From IMG/VR virus record IMGVR_UViG_2541047944_000005, positions 1 through 39,595 of that record: a stretch of DNA of 39,595 nucleotides; one strand, 5' to 3'. The translations under genes and the position numbers were made by a program. Positions 6,720 through 21,135 of the stretch are shown one piece after another; within the stretch, counting starts at the first letter, position 1; every line of letters starts with the position of its first letter. The notes below the pieces were generated by a model. That model searched no databases, was not told where the DNA came from, and worked only from the letters and a program-made list of their open reading frames with translations. The DNA comes from a virus. Taxonomy: Duplodnaviria > Heunggongvirae > Uroviricota > Caudoviricetes.

Positions 6720-9542
6720 ATGACGGCAGAGTACATCAGGGACTGGCAACAACCGCGCCACGCAGTGGGGCGTGAAGGAACGGGGATCCCCGCTCCTGAA
6801 TCCGCACTTTCCTCCTGGCTGGATGCCTACCGGGTAGAGAACGAGCGCCGCCAGGAAATGGCTGATGCGGCGTTCTCCGCCACGCCACTGGGCAACCTGA
6901 TTAATAAAAGCCTGGACGCGCAGGAAAAACAGGACAAAACCATCACACTGGCAGGAGACGCCAGAAAACAGGCACGCGGTGCGGTGGATGAAGCCATGGC
7001 CTCGCTGCGCCTGCTGCCGTCCTATCTGCGCGATCCGCTTATTCGCCACCTCTCCTTCCTGCGCAAAAAACAGGAAGCCGATCGCCGGAAAGGCAAAAAG
7101 AGCTGGCAGGCGGAACGCTATGCACGCGGAACCCTGCGCAAAATATTGGAACGCCTGGCCCGCACTGACGGACGCTGGCTGACTCCGGGTTATCGCTCCC
7201 TTGCCGGACGTGAACGTCTGGACGATTTACTTTACCTGCCGCAGCTCAACAAACACCAGATACAGACACTGGCCGTCATGACGGCGGCAATGTTCAGCAG
7301 CACCTTCGAAAAACTCTGCGATGGCTTTGGCGCGACCGATGGCGAGCTGACCATGGATATAACGCTGAAGGCGTATCAGCTGCTGGCTCGCATGGCGTTA
7401 CATCTGCACACAGTGCCTCCGCATTATGACGCACTGACAACAGACAAAGACCGGAGGAACGAACCGGACACAGAACTGCTGCCGGGTGCAATCCTTCGCC
7501 TGACCTGTGCGGACTGGTGGAAACGCAAATTGTGGCTTTTACGTTGCGAATGGAGAGAGGAACAACTCCGCGCTGCCTGTCTGGTTTCCAGAAAAACATC
7601 CCCCTATCTGAGTCAGGATGCATTAAGTGAATTTCGCGCACAGCGCGAGAAAACACGCGATTTCCTGAAAAGTTTCATGCTGGAAAATGAAGACGGGTTC
7701 ACGATTGATCTCGAGACGGTGTATTACGCAGGTGTCAGTAACCCGGTCCACCGTAAAGCAGAAATGATGGCCACCATGAAAGGGCTGGAACTTCTGGCCG
7801 AAGCCCGTGGCGACAAAGCGGTGTTTCTGACTGTCACCTGCCCGTCAAAATACCACGCCACAACGGAGAACGGTCATCCGAATCCCAAATGGAACGGGGC
7901 CACAATGCGCGACTCCAGCGATTACCTGGTTAACACGTTTTTTGCGGCGGTCCGCAAAAAACTGAACCGCGACGGCCTGCGCTGGTATGGCATCCGCACG
8001 GTGGAGCCTCACCATGACGGCACTGTGCACTGGCATATGATGGTCTTTGCACATCCGGACGAGATTGAAACCATCGTGTCCCACGTCTGCGATATTGCCA
8101 TTCAGGAGGACCGCCACGAGCTGGGCGATGACATAACTCCGCGTTTTAAGGCGGAGTATGTCGACGGCTCAAAAGGCACACCAACCAGCTACATCGCCAC
8201 CTACATCGGAAAGAACCTGGACAGCCGCGCCGTGGATGGCATCGACCCGAAAACGGGCAAGCCACGCGTTGACCACGAAACCGGAAAATCAATGGCCGAG
8301 AGCGTGGAGCGCGCCATCGGCTGGGCGCGCCTTCACCGGGTCCGTCAGTTCCAGTTCTTTGGCATCCCCTCCCGTCAGGTGTGGCGTGAACTGCGCCGCC
8401 TTGCCAGCCAGATGGCACGCAATCCGGAAGGCCCGCAACGGCTGAAAGATGATGCAATGGATGCGGTACTCGCTGCCGCCGATGCCGGGTGTTTTGCCAC
8501 CTACATTGAAAAACAGGGCGGCGTACTTGTTCCACGCAAAGACTACCTGATTCGCACCGCCTACGACCTCGCAGATGAGCTGAATGATTACGGCGAACAG
8601 AGCGTACAGATTTACGGGATCTGGTCACCACTCATCGGGGAATCCTCCCGTGTGTGCACGCATCCGGATAACTGGAAACTGGTAAGACGTAAACCGGAAA
8701 CGGAAGACAGCGCCCGCGAAAATGGTTTTGACCTTCAGGGCGGCCCTGCCGCCCCTTGGACTCGTGGCAATAACTGTCCCCGTGTACAGGAAACGGACAA
8801 CAACGGGACAGAACAGCCGGAAGAACGACCAGCACCGTGGCCGCAGCTCCCTGACGGCGTTGAAGTGAACGAATGGATGCGCTCACTGAAACGGCACGAA
8901 CGCCGGGCGCTGATGCGTTCGCTTCGTGACAAACAGGCAAAAAACAGCAGTGATGAAATGCAGAGCTGGACACAGAGCCGCAAACAGCAGCGGCCTTTGC
9001 CTGATAACCACGAATTACTCGCTAAAGAATGGCGGGAATCTGCCGAATCTCTCGGCCTGCATATCGGTGAACAGCAGATGCAGCACCTGTTACGGGGCGG
9101 CAGCCTGTACGTTGACGGTAGCATCATTGCACCGCAGGGATTTGAAATTGTACGCAAACCGGATACCCGCCCGGACAGCCGAATCACGCAGTTCTGGCAG
9201 CGCCTGAGCCGTAATCACGGCGTAAGCAGCACAGAGATCCGCCATAACCCGGTCGCCAGCTATCTGGAACAACTGGGGGCATCAGACCCCGAAGCCGCCG
9301 CACGTCTGGCATCCACACTTCAGCAGGACCAGAACACCATGAAAACCCCCGTTACCGTGCTTTCTGACATGCTGCGCGCCATCCGTGACGCAGAGCACGC
9401 ACAGAGAATCAGTGAAACCACTGAACGCGCCCACCGCAAAGCAGACCTGCTGCGGGGTAGCCTGACCAGTGGAAACAAAAAACAGACAGAAACGGGACTC
9501 ACAAATCCCGTAAATGAGCAAAAAACGCGCCGCGATATATGA
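6720..9542 (+). CDS. A: rolling-circle replication initiator, P2 gpA family
   Basis: 940 aa; HUH-type motif HDGTVHWHMMVFAH and downstream Tyr-containing segment typical of P2 A/186 RepA; lies between early operon and cargo as in P2. Confidence 0.85.
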   Translation: MTAEYIRDWQQPRHAVGREGTGIPAPESALSSWLDAYRVENERRQEMADAAFSATPLGNLINKSLDAQEKQDKTITLAGDARKQARGAVDEAMASLRLLPSYLRDPLIRHLSFLRKKQEADRRKGKKSWQAERYARGTLRKILERLARTDGRWLTPGYRSLAGRERLDDLLYLPQLNKHQIQTLAVMTAAMFSSTFEKLCDGFGATDGELTMDITLKAYQLLARMALHLHTVPPHYDALTTDKDRRNEPDTELLPGAILRLTCADWWKRKLWLLRCEWREEQLRAACLVSRKTSPYLSQDALSEFRAQREKTRDFLKSFMLENEDGFTIDLETVYYAGVSNPVHRKAEMMATMKGLELLAEARGDKAVFLTVTCPSKYHATTENGHPNPKWNGATMRDSSDYLVNTFFAAVRKKLNRDGLRWYGIRTVEPHHDGTVHWHMMVFAHPDEIETIVSHVCDIAIQEDRHELGDDITPRFKAEYVDGSKGTPTSYIATYIGKNLDSRAVDGIDPKTGKPRVDHETGKSMAESVERAIGWARLHRVRQFQFFGIPSRQVWRELRRLASQMARNPEGPQRLKDDAMDAVLAAADAGCFATYIEKQGGVLVPRKDYLIRTAYDLADELNDYGEQSVQIYGIWSPLIGESSRVCTHPDNWKLVRRKPETEDSARENGFDLQGGPAAPWTRGNNCPRVQETDNNGTEQPEERPAPWPQLPDGVEVNEWMRSLKRHERRALMRSLRDKQAKNSSDEMQSWTQSRKQQRPLPDNHELLAKEWRESAESLGLHIGEQQMQHLLRGGSLYVDGSIIAPQGFEIVRKPDTRPDSRITQFWQRLSRNHGVSSTEIRHNPVASYLEQLGASDPEAAARLASTLQQDQNTMKTPVTVLSDMLRAIRDAEHAQRISETTERAHRKADLLRGSLTSGNKKQTETGLTNPVNEQKTRRDI

Positions 9543-9618
9543 AGCGCGCACAAAACAGGCAAAAGCGGGATTTAAAAATCCTGTAACCGATTAATTAATC
9601 AACATAAGGAAAAGCTAC

Positions 9619-10578
9619 ATGAAAATTTGTATCGACGACGGCTCCACCAACATCAAGCTGGCATGGACTGAGAACGGCGAACGCCGCAACGCCATCAGCC
9701 CGAACAGCTTCAAGTCGGAATGGTCTGCGCCGTTCGGTGGCACGCAGCCCGCGAACTACATGCTTGATGGCGTGCGCTATGGTTTTGATCCGGTCAGCGA
9801 TCGCTTTGTCCAGACGACCGACACGCAATACCAGTACAGCGATGTGAATGTAATCGCCATTCACCACGCGCTGGTCAAATCAGGCATCACACCACAGGAA
9901 GTGGATGTGGTTGTCACCCTGCCACTGAGCGAATATTTCGACACAAACGCACAGCCGGACATGGCCAACATCAACCGCAAAAAAGCGAACGTCATGCGCC
10001 CGGTGGAGTACCAGAACGGCGAAGCATTCACTATCCGTAACGTACGGGTTATGCCTGAATCCATTCCGGCTGGCTTTAAGGCACTGGCTGACATGAGTCC
10101 GTTTGAATCCCTGCTGATTGTGGATTTAGGCGGAACCACACTGGATGTGGCAAAGGTTCAGGGGCAACTGGCAGGTATCAGCCAGGTGTTTTGCGATCCA
10201 CACGTAGGCGTTTCCCTGATGGCCGATGCCGTACTGTCGGTGATGGCCACTAACGGTATGCGTACCAGTCACCACATCGCCAATACCATTATCGAACATC
10301 GCCATGATGAAGCCTGGTTGCGCCAGCACATCCACAATGACGCGCATTACGCCAGCCTGATGGCGGTTATTCGTGAAAAGGAAGAAACACTGAAACAACG
10401 CGTGATCCGCGCGCTGGCGGGTTTTTCGGGTTACGGGCGGGTGATGGTTGTCGGTGGCGGGGCGGAGATTGTGGCACCCGCTATCCGCGAAGCCTGCGGA
10501 GTTAATGCGACTTTCATCGCGGACGGGGTGCCACAGTTTGCTCTGGTTAATGGGCTGTACGCAATGGACAAGGAGTAA
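9619..10578 (+). CDS. parM: ParM/StbA-like actin-family segregation ATPase
   Basis: 319 aa; N-terminus MKICIDDGSTNIKLAW...SPNSF...YSDVNVIAIHHAL...MPESIPAG...LLIVDLGGTTLDV...MVVGGGAEI matches plasmid R1 ParM motif by motif as recalled; AAGGA RBS. Confidence 0.85.
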   Translation: MKICIDDGSTNIKLAWTENGERRNAISPNSFKSEWSAPFGGTQPANYMLDGVRYGFDPVSDRFVQTTDTQYQYSDVNVIAIHHALVKSGITPQEVDVVVTLPLSEYFDTNAQPDMANINRKKANVMRPVEYQNGEAFTIRNVRVMPESIPAGFKALADMSPFESLLIVDLGGTTLDVAKVQGQLAGISQVFCDPHVGVSLMADAVLSVMATNGMRTSHHIANTIIEHRHDEAWLRQHIHNDAHYASLMAVIREKEETLKQRVIRALAGFSGYGRVMVVGGGAEIVAPAIREACGVNATFIADGVPQFALVNGLYAMDKE

Positions 10579-10582
10579 ACCA

Positions 10583-10894
10583 ATGACGACACCAACCAGA
10601 CGGATAAGTTTCTATCTGAAGCCCGCCGCCGTCAAGAACGAAGGCGAAGCATGCGCCTGGCTGGACAGCCTTACACCAGAAGCCCGCAAAAGTGGTCAAC
10701 GCGTGGCTTTTCTGGCCGGACTGGCACTTATGAAAATTAATCCGGCAGAGGCTTACCGACTGGCTGCATGGGCTGACGATGAAGCGTTATCCCTGACACA
10801 AACCAGGACAGAACGCCCCGTGTCACAGCCAGTACCAACCGCACAGATAACCAGTCAGATGGCCGGAAATATCCGGGCATTATTTCCCGAATAA
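10583..10894 (+). CDS. parR: ParR-like adaptor protein
   Basis: 103 aa from ATG 10583 after AAGGAG; RRISFYLKPAAV...AWLDSL...RVAFLAGLALMKINP...NIRALFPE parallels R1 ParR (RRTIAFKLNP...DTLDSI...AALTAGLALYRQDP...LRSLFPKE) as recalled. Confidence 0.7.
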   Translation: MTTPTRRISFYLKPAAVKNEGEACAWLDSLTPEARKSGQRVAFLAGLALMKINPAEAYRLAAWADDEALSLTQTRTERPVSQPVPTAQITSQMAGNIRALFPE

Positions 10895-10957
10895 CACAAC
10901 ATCAGGGCGCATCCGCCCTGATGACTTTAATCCGGGAACATAAACAAAGGGGACACA

Positions 10958-11293
10958 ATGCAACACATTGACAGAGAAAAAGCGCAGCGACTGATTGAGC
11001 GAATGGAAGCGCTGGCGAAAGAAGAAAATGTCAACATCCAAAAAATAGCTGAATGTGGCCGGATAGTTCTTCGTCGTGAAAAAGACATCAAACAACTGAT
11101 GTCTGGCGAAACCAGCAAAACATGGACTTCAGGCGAGAAGACGATTTATTGCAGCTTCTGCAATAAATCCCAGTACGAAGTCACAAAGCTGATTGCCGGA
11201 CCGTCTGTTTACATCTGCAATGAGTGCGTTGATTTGTGCAATGAATTTATCAGGAGAGAAGTGACAGACCATGAAGAAAAAACGCATGAATGA
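10958..11293 (+). CDS. small protein with C-terminal ClpX-type C4 zinc-binding domain
   Basis: 111 aa; residues [38 protein letters not shown] are near-identical to the E. coli ClpX N-terminal zinc-binding domain ([37 protein letters not shown]) as recalled; no AAA+ module follows. Confidence 0.7.
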   Translation: MQHIDREKAQRLIERMEALAKEENVNIQKIAECGRIVLRREKDIKQLMSGETSKTWTSGEKTIYCSFCNKSQYEVTKLIAGPSVYICNECVDLCNEFIRREVTDHEEKTHE

Positions 11294-11459
11294 CGAATTT
11301 GACGGCTTTTAATTTTATCGGGGCGCACTGTCGCCATGCATGGAGAAAAACAATAAAAAAGATGAATAACTGCTCATGTCAGACGCGCTGCGGGCAAGTC
11401 TGGCACCCTGCCCTGTCTCCGCAAAGGCTGTTGTCTTAACACGACAGAGTATGCCAGCA

Positions 11460-11867
11460 TTAAATATAATCTTCTTCGTAGTCGCTGATTAATTCATTGC
11501 CATAATCAGACAGCAATTTCAAAGCAAAGGTAACTTCCTCAAGGGTAGCTATCCCCATTGCTGAAAACACCGTTAATTTAACCAGCAGCAGGGAGTTTGA
11601 AAGTTCGGAAGAGTTCATCATTAAAAATATTGATGCAGCCTGAAAAGCTGTGCGTTTATTCCCATCATGAAAGGCATGAGCCTTGGCTATACCAATCAAA
11701 TACATAGCAGCCAGAGCATGAATATCATCAACCCCTTCATAGTAGTGTAGTGTCCTGACGCGATTTAAAGCACCTTCAAGTAGCCCGTCATTGGCATTTC
11801 CGCTCTGGGGTAAAGTTTCAGCATGGATACGTTCTACTTGTTCTTTTGACAAAAACACTATGTCCAT
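11460..11867 (-). CDS. doc: Doc (death-on-curing) Fic-family toxin
   Basis: 135 aa; Fic motif HAFHDGNKRTA; start overlaps stop of the upstream antitoxin gene; AT-rich. Confidence 0.85.
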   Translation of the reverse strand: MDIVFLSKEQVERIHAETLPQSGNANDGLLEGALNRVRTLHYYEGVDDIHALAAMYLIGIAKAHAFHDGNKRTAFQAASIFLMMNSSELSNSLLLVKLTVFSAMGIATLEEVTFALKLLSDYGNELISDYEEDYI

Positions 11868-12223
11868 CAGTTATCCTCAAGCTTTTTAATGATATCCGCA
11901 TGTTTTTCTCTTGTACGCTTCATTGCATCTTCAAAAGACAATCCTTTTTTTCTCTGTGCGACAAGAGCTGGATGACGTTTTTCCAGATCTCTCACTGCAT
12001 TTATTAAGAGTGGTTGCTTCATTTTGTTTATTTGATCCCGCAGTTTTTTGGTTTTGCCAAGGACAGCCCGTATTTCAGGACTAAGATCAGAACCAGCAAG
12101 AACAACATCCTTCCCTCCCTGCGCCGTGATAACGACACTGCCACCGGAAGAAAGGTAATCCAGAATTTCACTCAGGTTCTCACGAAATTCATCATCAGTT
12201 ACAGTTTTCATATTCATTTCCAT
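11867..12223 (-). CDS. phd: Phd/YefM-family antitoxin
   Basis: 118 aa; N-terminal region EFRENLSEILDYLSSGGSVVITAQGGKDVVL resembles Phd/YefM; start may be the third ATG (12211). Longer than P1 Phd. Confidence 0.65.
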   Translation of the reverse strand: MEMNMKTVTDDEFRENLSEILDYLSSGGSVVITAQGGKDVVLAGSDLSPEIRAVLGKTKKLRDQINKMKQPLLINAVRDLEKRHPALVAQRKKGLSFEDAMKRTREKHADIIKKLEDN

Positions 12224-12823
12224 TATGCACGCCCATAACGTAAGTATAACTACTTGTTGGGCAGTAATAACACCGCCATATTTTCATTTTATACACCGCA
12301 CAATAGTGCACAAATTTGCACAATTTTTTTGAACGACTTTTTACCCTTCCGGCCCGCATGGCGGCTGGATCCGTCAAGGATCCGTGCGTGCACAAAAAAA
12401 CGCGTTTTTTTCTGCGCGCAGGTGACGGGGGAACAGCCCGCGTTTCAGGGGGTAAATAGCATTCCCTGAACGATGTCGCAGCGACACAACAGAATGGCTG
12501 TATCGCTCACGCTGAGCGTGAAAAAGACGTAAGGGGTTCTGATTTAATGGGATGAAAGGTAAGGCCGTCAAAATCGCACTGAGGCGGCGAGAACATGCAG
12601 TCAGCGCGGTGGGATTGTGTAAGAGTCTGGCCGTCGATGATGGCAATAAGTCGGAAGACGTCGTGAAATTATCTGATTGATACGGGAGCTGGAGAGTCGG
12701 GGCATAAATTTTTTATGCCCCGGCGAAGCAGCAGACAAGCGAAGCGCGTCAGTGATGCGGCACCTTGCCGACCACACTTCATAAGTGCAAAATACGAGCA
12801 AAGAAATCAATGGAGGCTGTCTT

Positions 12824-13348
12824 ATGGTCATTAATTACAAGCAGTTAAGAGAAAAACGGGAGCAGGTAAAGGAGAGCTTTCGCCGCAATGAAGATCTGAC
12901 CCCGCTTGTACGCCTTGCCCAGGGCATTGTTGATGATTATGAAATCTCGCTGGAGCTGCCATCACAGACCTGGACAGATAGCGACGGTAATCGCCAGCAT
13001 TACGTTTCATGCGGACTGGAAGCAGCCGAAGGATTTCGCAGAATGCCTTTATCCCAGATCCCTGCCGCTACCCCCAAAGCACGGGGCAGCAATGATGAGC
13101 GAAAACTGACTTTTAGTATTGAAACGGTGGTTGACGACACACCTGGCGAAGTCGCGTTCGTGCACACTCCTCTTTCGATCGCAATGTATAACGATGAAAT
13201 ACAGGTTCGCGTTAATAATAATATCGTGCCACTTAAAGAAGGTAATTCACCATACACCACCGTTTGTGAAGCCATTCAATATTACGTTCTCTCTGAAATT
13301 GATAATCTCAAGCCTGACGGCACCCAGAAAATGGTTCAACTCTGGTAA
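12824..13348 (+). CDS. hypothetical protein (174 aa), orphan cargo gene next to portal
   Basis: ATG 12824 after GGAGG RBS; followed by a clean intrinsic terminator; no motif recognised. Confidence 0.55.
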   Translation: MVINYKQLREKREQVKESFRRNEDLTPLVRLAQGIVDDYEISLELPSQTWTDSDGNRQHYVSCGLEAAEGFRRMPLSQIPAATPKARGSNDERKLTFSIETVVDDTPGEVAFVHTPLSIAMYNDEIQVRVNNNIVPLKEGNSPYTTVCEAIQYYVLSEIDNLKPDGTQKMVQLW

Positions 13349-13362
13349 AAAGAACAGCCCCA

Positions 13363-18120
<4,758 letters not shown>

Positions 18121-18274
18121 TGCTCCCCCTGAGTAATTACAGGAAGATTACCCGCGCGCGAAACCGTTCTCCTTAACCCCCTGTTCTGGCCGTTTTCTTA
18201 CAACAAAAGCCCTTTGTATCAGCCTGTTACGCTTTGCCATCATGACTGAAGAACCAGTCAGAGGGGCAAAAACT

Positions 18275-19111
18275 ATGGCTAATGAAAAAAAGACATCCCG
18301 CAAAAAGTTTCGCGTGGCTGTCTCCGGATCAACTGTTGATGGTCGCGAAATCAGTCCGGTGCATCTGCGTGAAGCCGCCGAGAACTTCAACCCGGATGTT
18401 TACGCCGCCCGCGTGAACGTTGAGCACTATCTCTCGCCATGCCCGTCAAGCGAATTTTCCGCAATGGGCGATGTCACCGCACTGAGTACGGAAGATATTA
18501 CGGAAGGCCCGCTGGCCGGACGTACTGCGCTGTATGCAGAAATCGAACCGACCGAGCGCATGAAGCAGCTTGTCGCTGACGGCAAGAAAATCTATTCCAG
18601 TATCGAACTGCACCCGCAGTTCTCCGTTAACGGGCGCGCCTATCTGGTCGGGCTGGCGATGACCGACACCCCGGCAAGCCTGGGCACTGAGCGCCTGAAA
18701 TTCACGGCACAGCAACGTCAGGCGGTGATGACGTTCAACAGTATCCAGGGTGAAGCACCGCTTATCTCCGAAGCCATCGAGTCTGAAATCATCGAAATGG
18801 CAGAACAACGCCAGGAAGAAGGCACCCAGTGGTTTAACCGCGTAATGGGGATTATTGGCCGTGGCCGCAAAGCGGATGACGCCAGTTTTTCCCGTATTCA
18901 GGAAGCGGTGGAAGGCGTCGCAACGTCACAGGCCGACATTATCGACCGTTTTAATGTGCTGGAAACCCGCCATCAGCAGGACCGCCAGAAAATCACGTCA
19001 CTGACCACAGAGCTGGCAGCACTGAAGGAAAAACTGCGCACGCAGGACGGCGATCCGCAGAACCGCTTCCCCGCAACGGGCGCAGTCTCCGACCAGTTGG
19101 CTGACTTCTGA
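18275..19111 (+). CDS. O: capsid scaffolding protein, P2 gpO family
   Basis: Start MANEKKTSRKKFRVAVSGSTVDGREISP parallels P2 O N-terminus (MAKKVSKFFRIGVEGDTCDGRVIS) as recalled; GAGGGG RBS; divergent from P. Confidence 0.8.
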   Translation: MANEKKTSRKKFRVAVSGSTVDGREISPVHLREAAENFNPDVYAARVNVEHYLSPCPSSEFSAMGDVTALSTEDITEGPLAGRTALYAEIEPTERMKQLVADGKKIYSSIELHPQFSVNGRAYLVGLAMTDTPASLGTERLKFTAQQRQAVMTFNSIQGEAPLISEAIESEIIEMAEQRQEEGTQWFNRVMGIIGRGRKADDASFSRIQEAVEGVATSQADIIDRFNVLETRHQQDRQKITSLTTELAALKEKLRTQDGDPQNRFPATGAVSDQLADF

Positions 19112-19134
19112 TAAGACAAAGGAGCAAATTTTTT

Positions 19135-20187
19135 ATGAATCTGGTGATGTCAGATATTACCCGCAACAAGCTGGGTTGCTATATGGCGCAGCAGGCGTCG
19201 CTTAACAATATCCCGGTATCTGCACTGGTATCGCGATTTACCGTGGAACCCGCGGTGCAGCAGCGTTTTGAAAACGCCTCAAAGGAAAGTACCGAATTTA
19301 CGAAAAGAATTAACGTGATCGGCGTGACCGACCAGAAAGGCGAAAAAATCCTCCCGGATACCACCGGGCCGATTGCGCGCACGAATACCAGTTATGACGG
19401 CACAAAACGCCGTAACCCGAATAACGTGGTTGATCTGAAAAACCGCAAATACCAGTGCGAACAGGTGAACTACGACACGTTTATTTCGTATCCGCAGCTT
19501 GATGCCTGGTCGGCACACCCTGATTTTCAGTCCCGCATCAGCGCACAGATTGCCCGACAGGTGGCGCTTGACCGCATCATGATCGGTTTCAACGGCACGT
19601 CTCACGCGGATGAGTCCAACTTCAGCACCAACAAGCTGCTTCAGGACGTTAACGTGGGCTGGCTGGAGCACATCAGAACCGACGCCAGCGAACGCGTTAT
19701 GAATGACGTGACGCTGACCTCCCGCAACATGGACAACACCGTGGCGCACGCGGGTAAGTATGCGAACGCTGATGCACTGGTACAGGACGCGCGTTCATCC
19801 CTGCTGGATGAATGGCACAAGGAAGCTGACGACCTCGTGGTGATTATGGGGCGCAACCTGTTTAACTCGCTGCGTCTGCCCGTGCTGAACAGCATCAGCG
19901 GCCAGAATCCCAATGCGGAATTACTCGCCGGGCAGCTCATCCTGTCATCGCGCACCATTGGCGGGCTGGGCGTGTTCCTTGCGCCGTTCTTCCCGGATGC
20001 AGCGATGCTGATCACCTCGTTCAACAACCTGTCGATTTACTGGCAGAAAGGTTCAATGCGTCGCCTGATGAAAGACGAGCCGGAATACAACCGCATCGCC
20101 ACCTACCAGTCCATCAATGACGCTTATGTCGTTGAAGACTATGGCAAGTGCGCGATGGTTACTGGCCTGAAGTTCGCCGACAGCTAA
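19135..20187 (+). CDS. N: major capsid protein, P2 gpN family
   Basis: 350 aa after AAGGAG RBS; segments FTVEP, GEKI, YVVEDY shared with P2 N as recalled. Confidence 0.85.
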   Translation: MNLVMSDITRNKLGCYMAQQASLNNIPVSALVSRFTVEPAVQQRFENASKESTEFTKRINVIGVTDQKGEKILPDTTGPIARTNTSYDGTKRRNPNNVVDLKNRKYQCEQVNYDTFISYPQLDAWSAHPDFQSRISAQIARQVALDRIMIGFNGTSHADESNFSTNKLLQDVNVGWLEHIRTDASERVMNDVTLTSRNMDNTVAHAGKYANADALVQDARSSLLDEWHKEADDLVVIMGRNLFNSLRLPVLNSISGQNPNAELLAGQLILSSRTIGGLGVFLAPFFPDAAMLITSFNNLSIYWQKGSMRRLMKDEPEYNRIATYQSINDAYVVEDYGKCAMVTGLKFADS

Positions 20188-20232
20188 TCAACTCACGGCG
20201 GGCATCATGCCCGCCTGTAACGGAGAGAAAAA

Positions 20233-21033
20233 ATGATTACTCCTGCACAGCAACACTGGCAGAACGTGATGGCACAGCGCGCAGGCCGGGCGAATGAAGG
20301 CGTGGACCACGCCGCGCGTACCGCGCATGAAGAGGTGCTGTATCGTCTGCGTCTGGCACAGGCCCGGCTTAAGGGCGTACAGGCCAGAAGCGCGAAAGCC
20401 GCCATCAAAAAAGAGTTGTTGCCGGATTTTTCCGGCTGGATTGAGGGAACGCTGGAGGCTGACGGCGGGCAGCAGGATGAAGTGATTGCCACGCTGATGG
20501 TGTGGGCGATTGACTGCGGCGATCTTCCGCTGGCGTTGCGTATTGGTGCGTATGTGGTCCGTCATAACCTCATTATGCCGGATAACTTTGGCCGTACTGC
20601 TGCCACAGTGCTGACCGAAGAAATCTGCAACCCGGTACTGACGCAGGCCGGGGCGGATGTCGACGCGGATTTGTCCGCCTTTATCGAACCACTGGACACC
20701 CTCCGGAAGATTGTCACCGACCAGGACATGCCGGACGAAGTACGCGCCAAATTATGCAAGGCGTGCGCCTTTGCCCGTCGTGGTCTGACCGATGCAGACA
20801 ACATGGCCTTATCACTGAAGCTGCTGCGCGAAGCGATGCACCTGAACCCGAACGCAGGTGTGAAACGCGAGATTGCAACCCTTTCCCGCGCCCTGAAAAA
20901 AGCCGATTCCGCAGCCGAACCAGAAGACGCCAGCGCACAGCAGGCGCAGGACGAAAGCAGCAAAAGTAAAAAGACAACGCGGAAGCCTGCAACACGAAAA
21001 ACCACCGCGACGCAGAAGGCGAAGCGCGGTTAA
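20233..21033 (+). CDS. M: terminase small (endonuclease) subunit, P2 gpM family
   Basis: 266 aa, GGAGAG RBS; position after N; basic Lys/Arg-rich C-terminal tail. Confidence 0.75.
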   Translation: MITPAQQHWQNVMAQRAGRANEGVDHAARTAHEEVLYRLRLAQARLKGVQARSAKAAIKKELLPDFSGWIEGTLEADGGQQDEVIATLMVWAIDCGDLPLALRIGAYVVRHNLIMPDNFGRTAATVLTEEICNPVLTQAGADVDADLSAFIEPLDTLRKIVTDQDMPDEVRAKLCKACAFARRGLTDADNMALSLKLLREAMHLNPNAGVKREIATLSRALKKADSAAEPEDASAQQAQDESSKSKKTTRKPATRKTTATQKAKRG

Positions 21034-21135
21034 CGACTGACCCCGTCAGCGGGCGGCGTGCGCGGTGTTCCGGTTTGACTCCGTGACTGTTTACACCGCG
21101 CACCCACCGCCCGATTTTTTTCAGGAGTGAACCCC

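Noticed and set aside
6180-9551. Several long minus-strand ORFs (for example 6180-7049, 8146-8631, 8735-9187)
   Set aside because: They are antisense to the well-supported replication gene A and are Arg/Cys/Ser-rich, typical of spurious frames in GC-rich coding DNA.
10448-10582. Longer ParR ORF overlapping the end of parM
   Set aside because: The ATG at 10583 has an AAGGAG RBS at the right spacing and removes the overlap.
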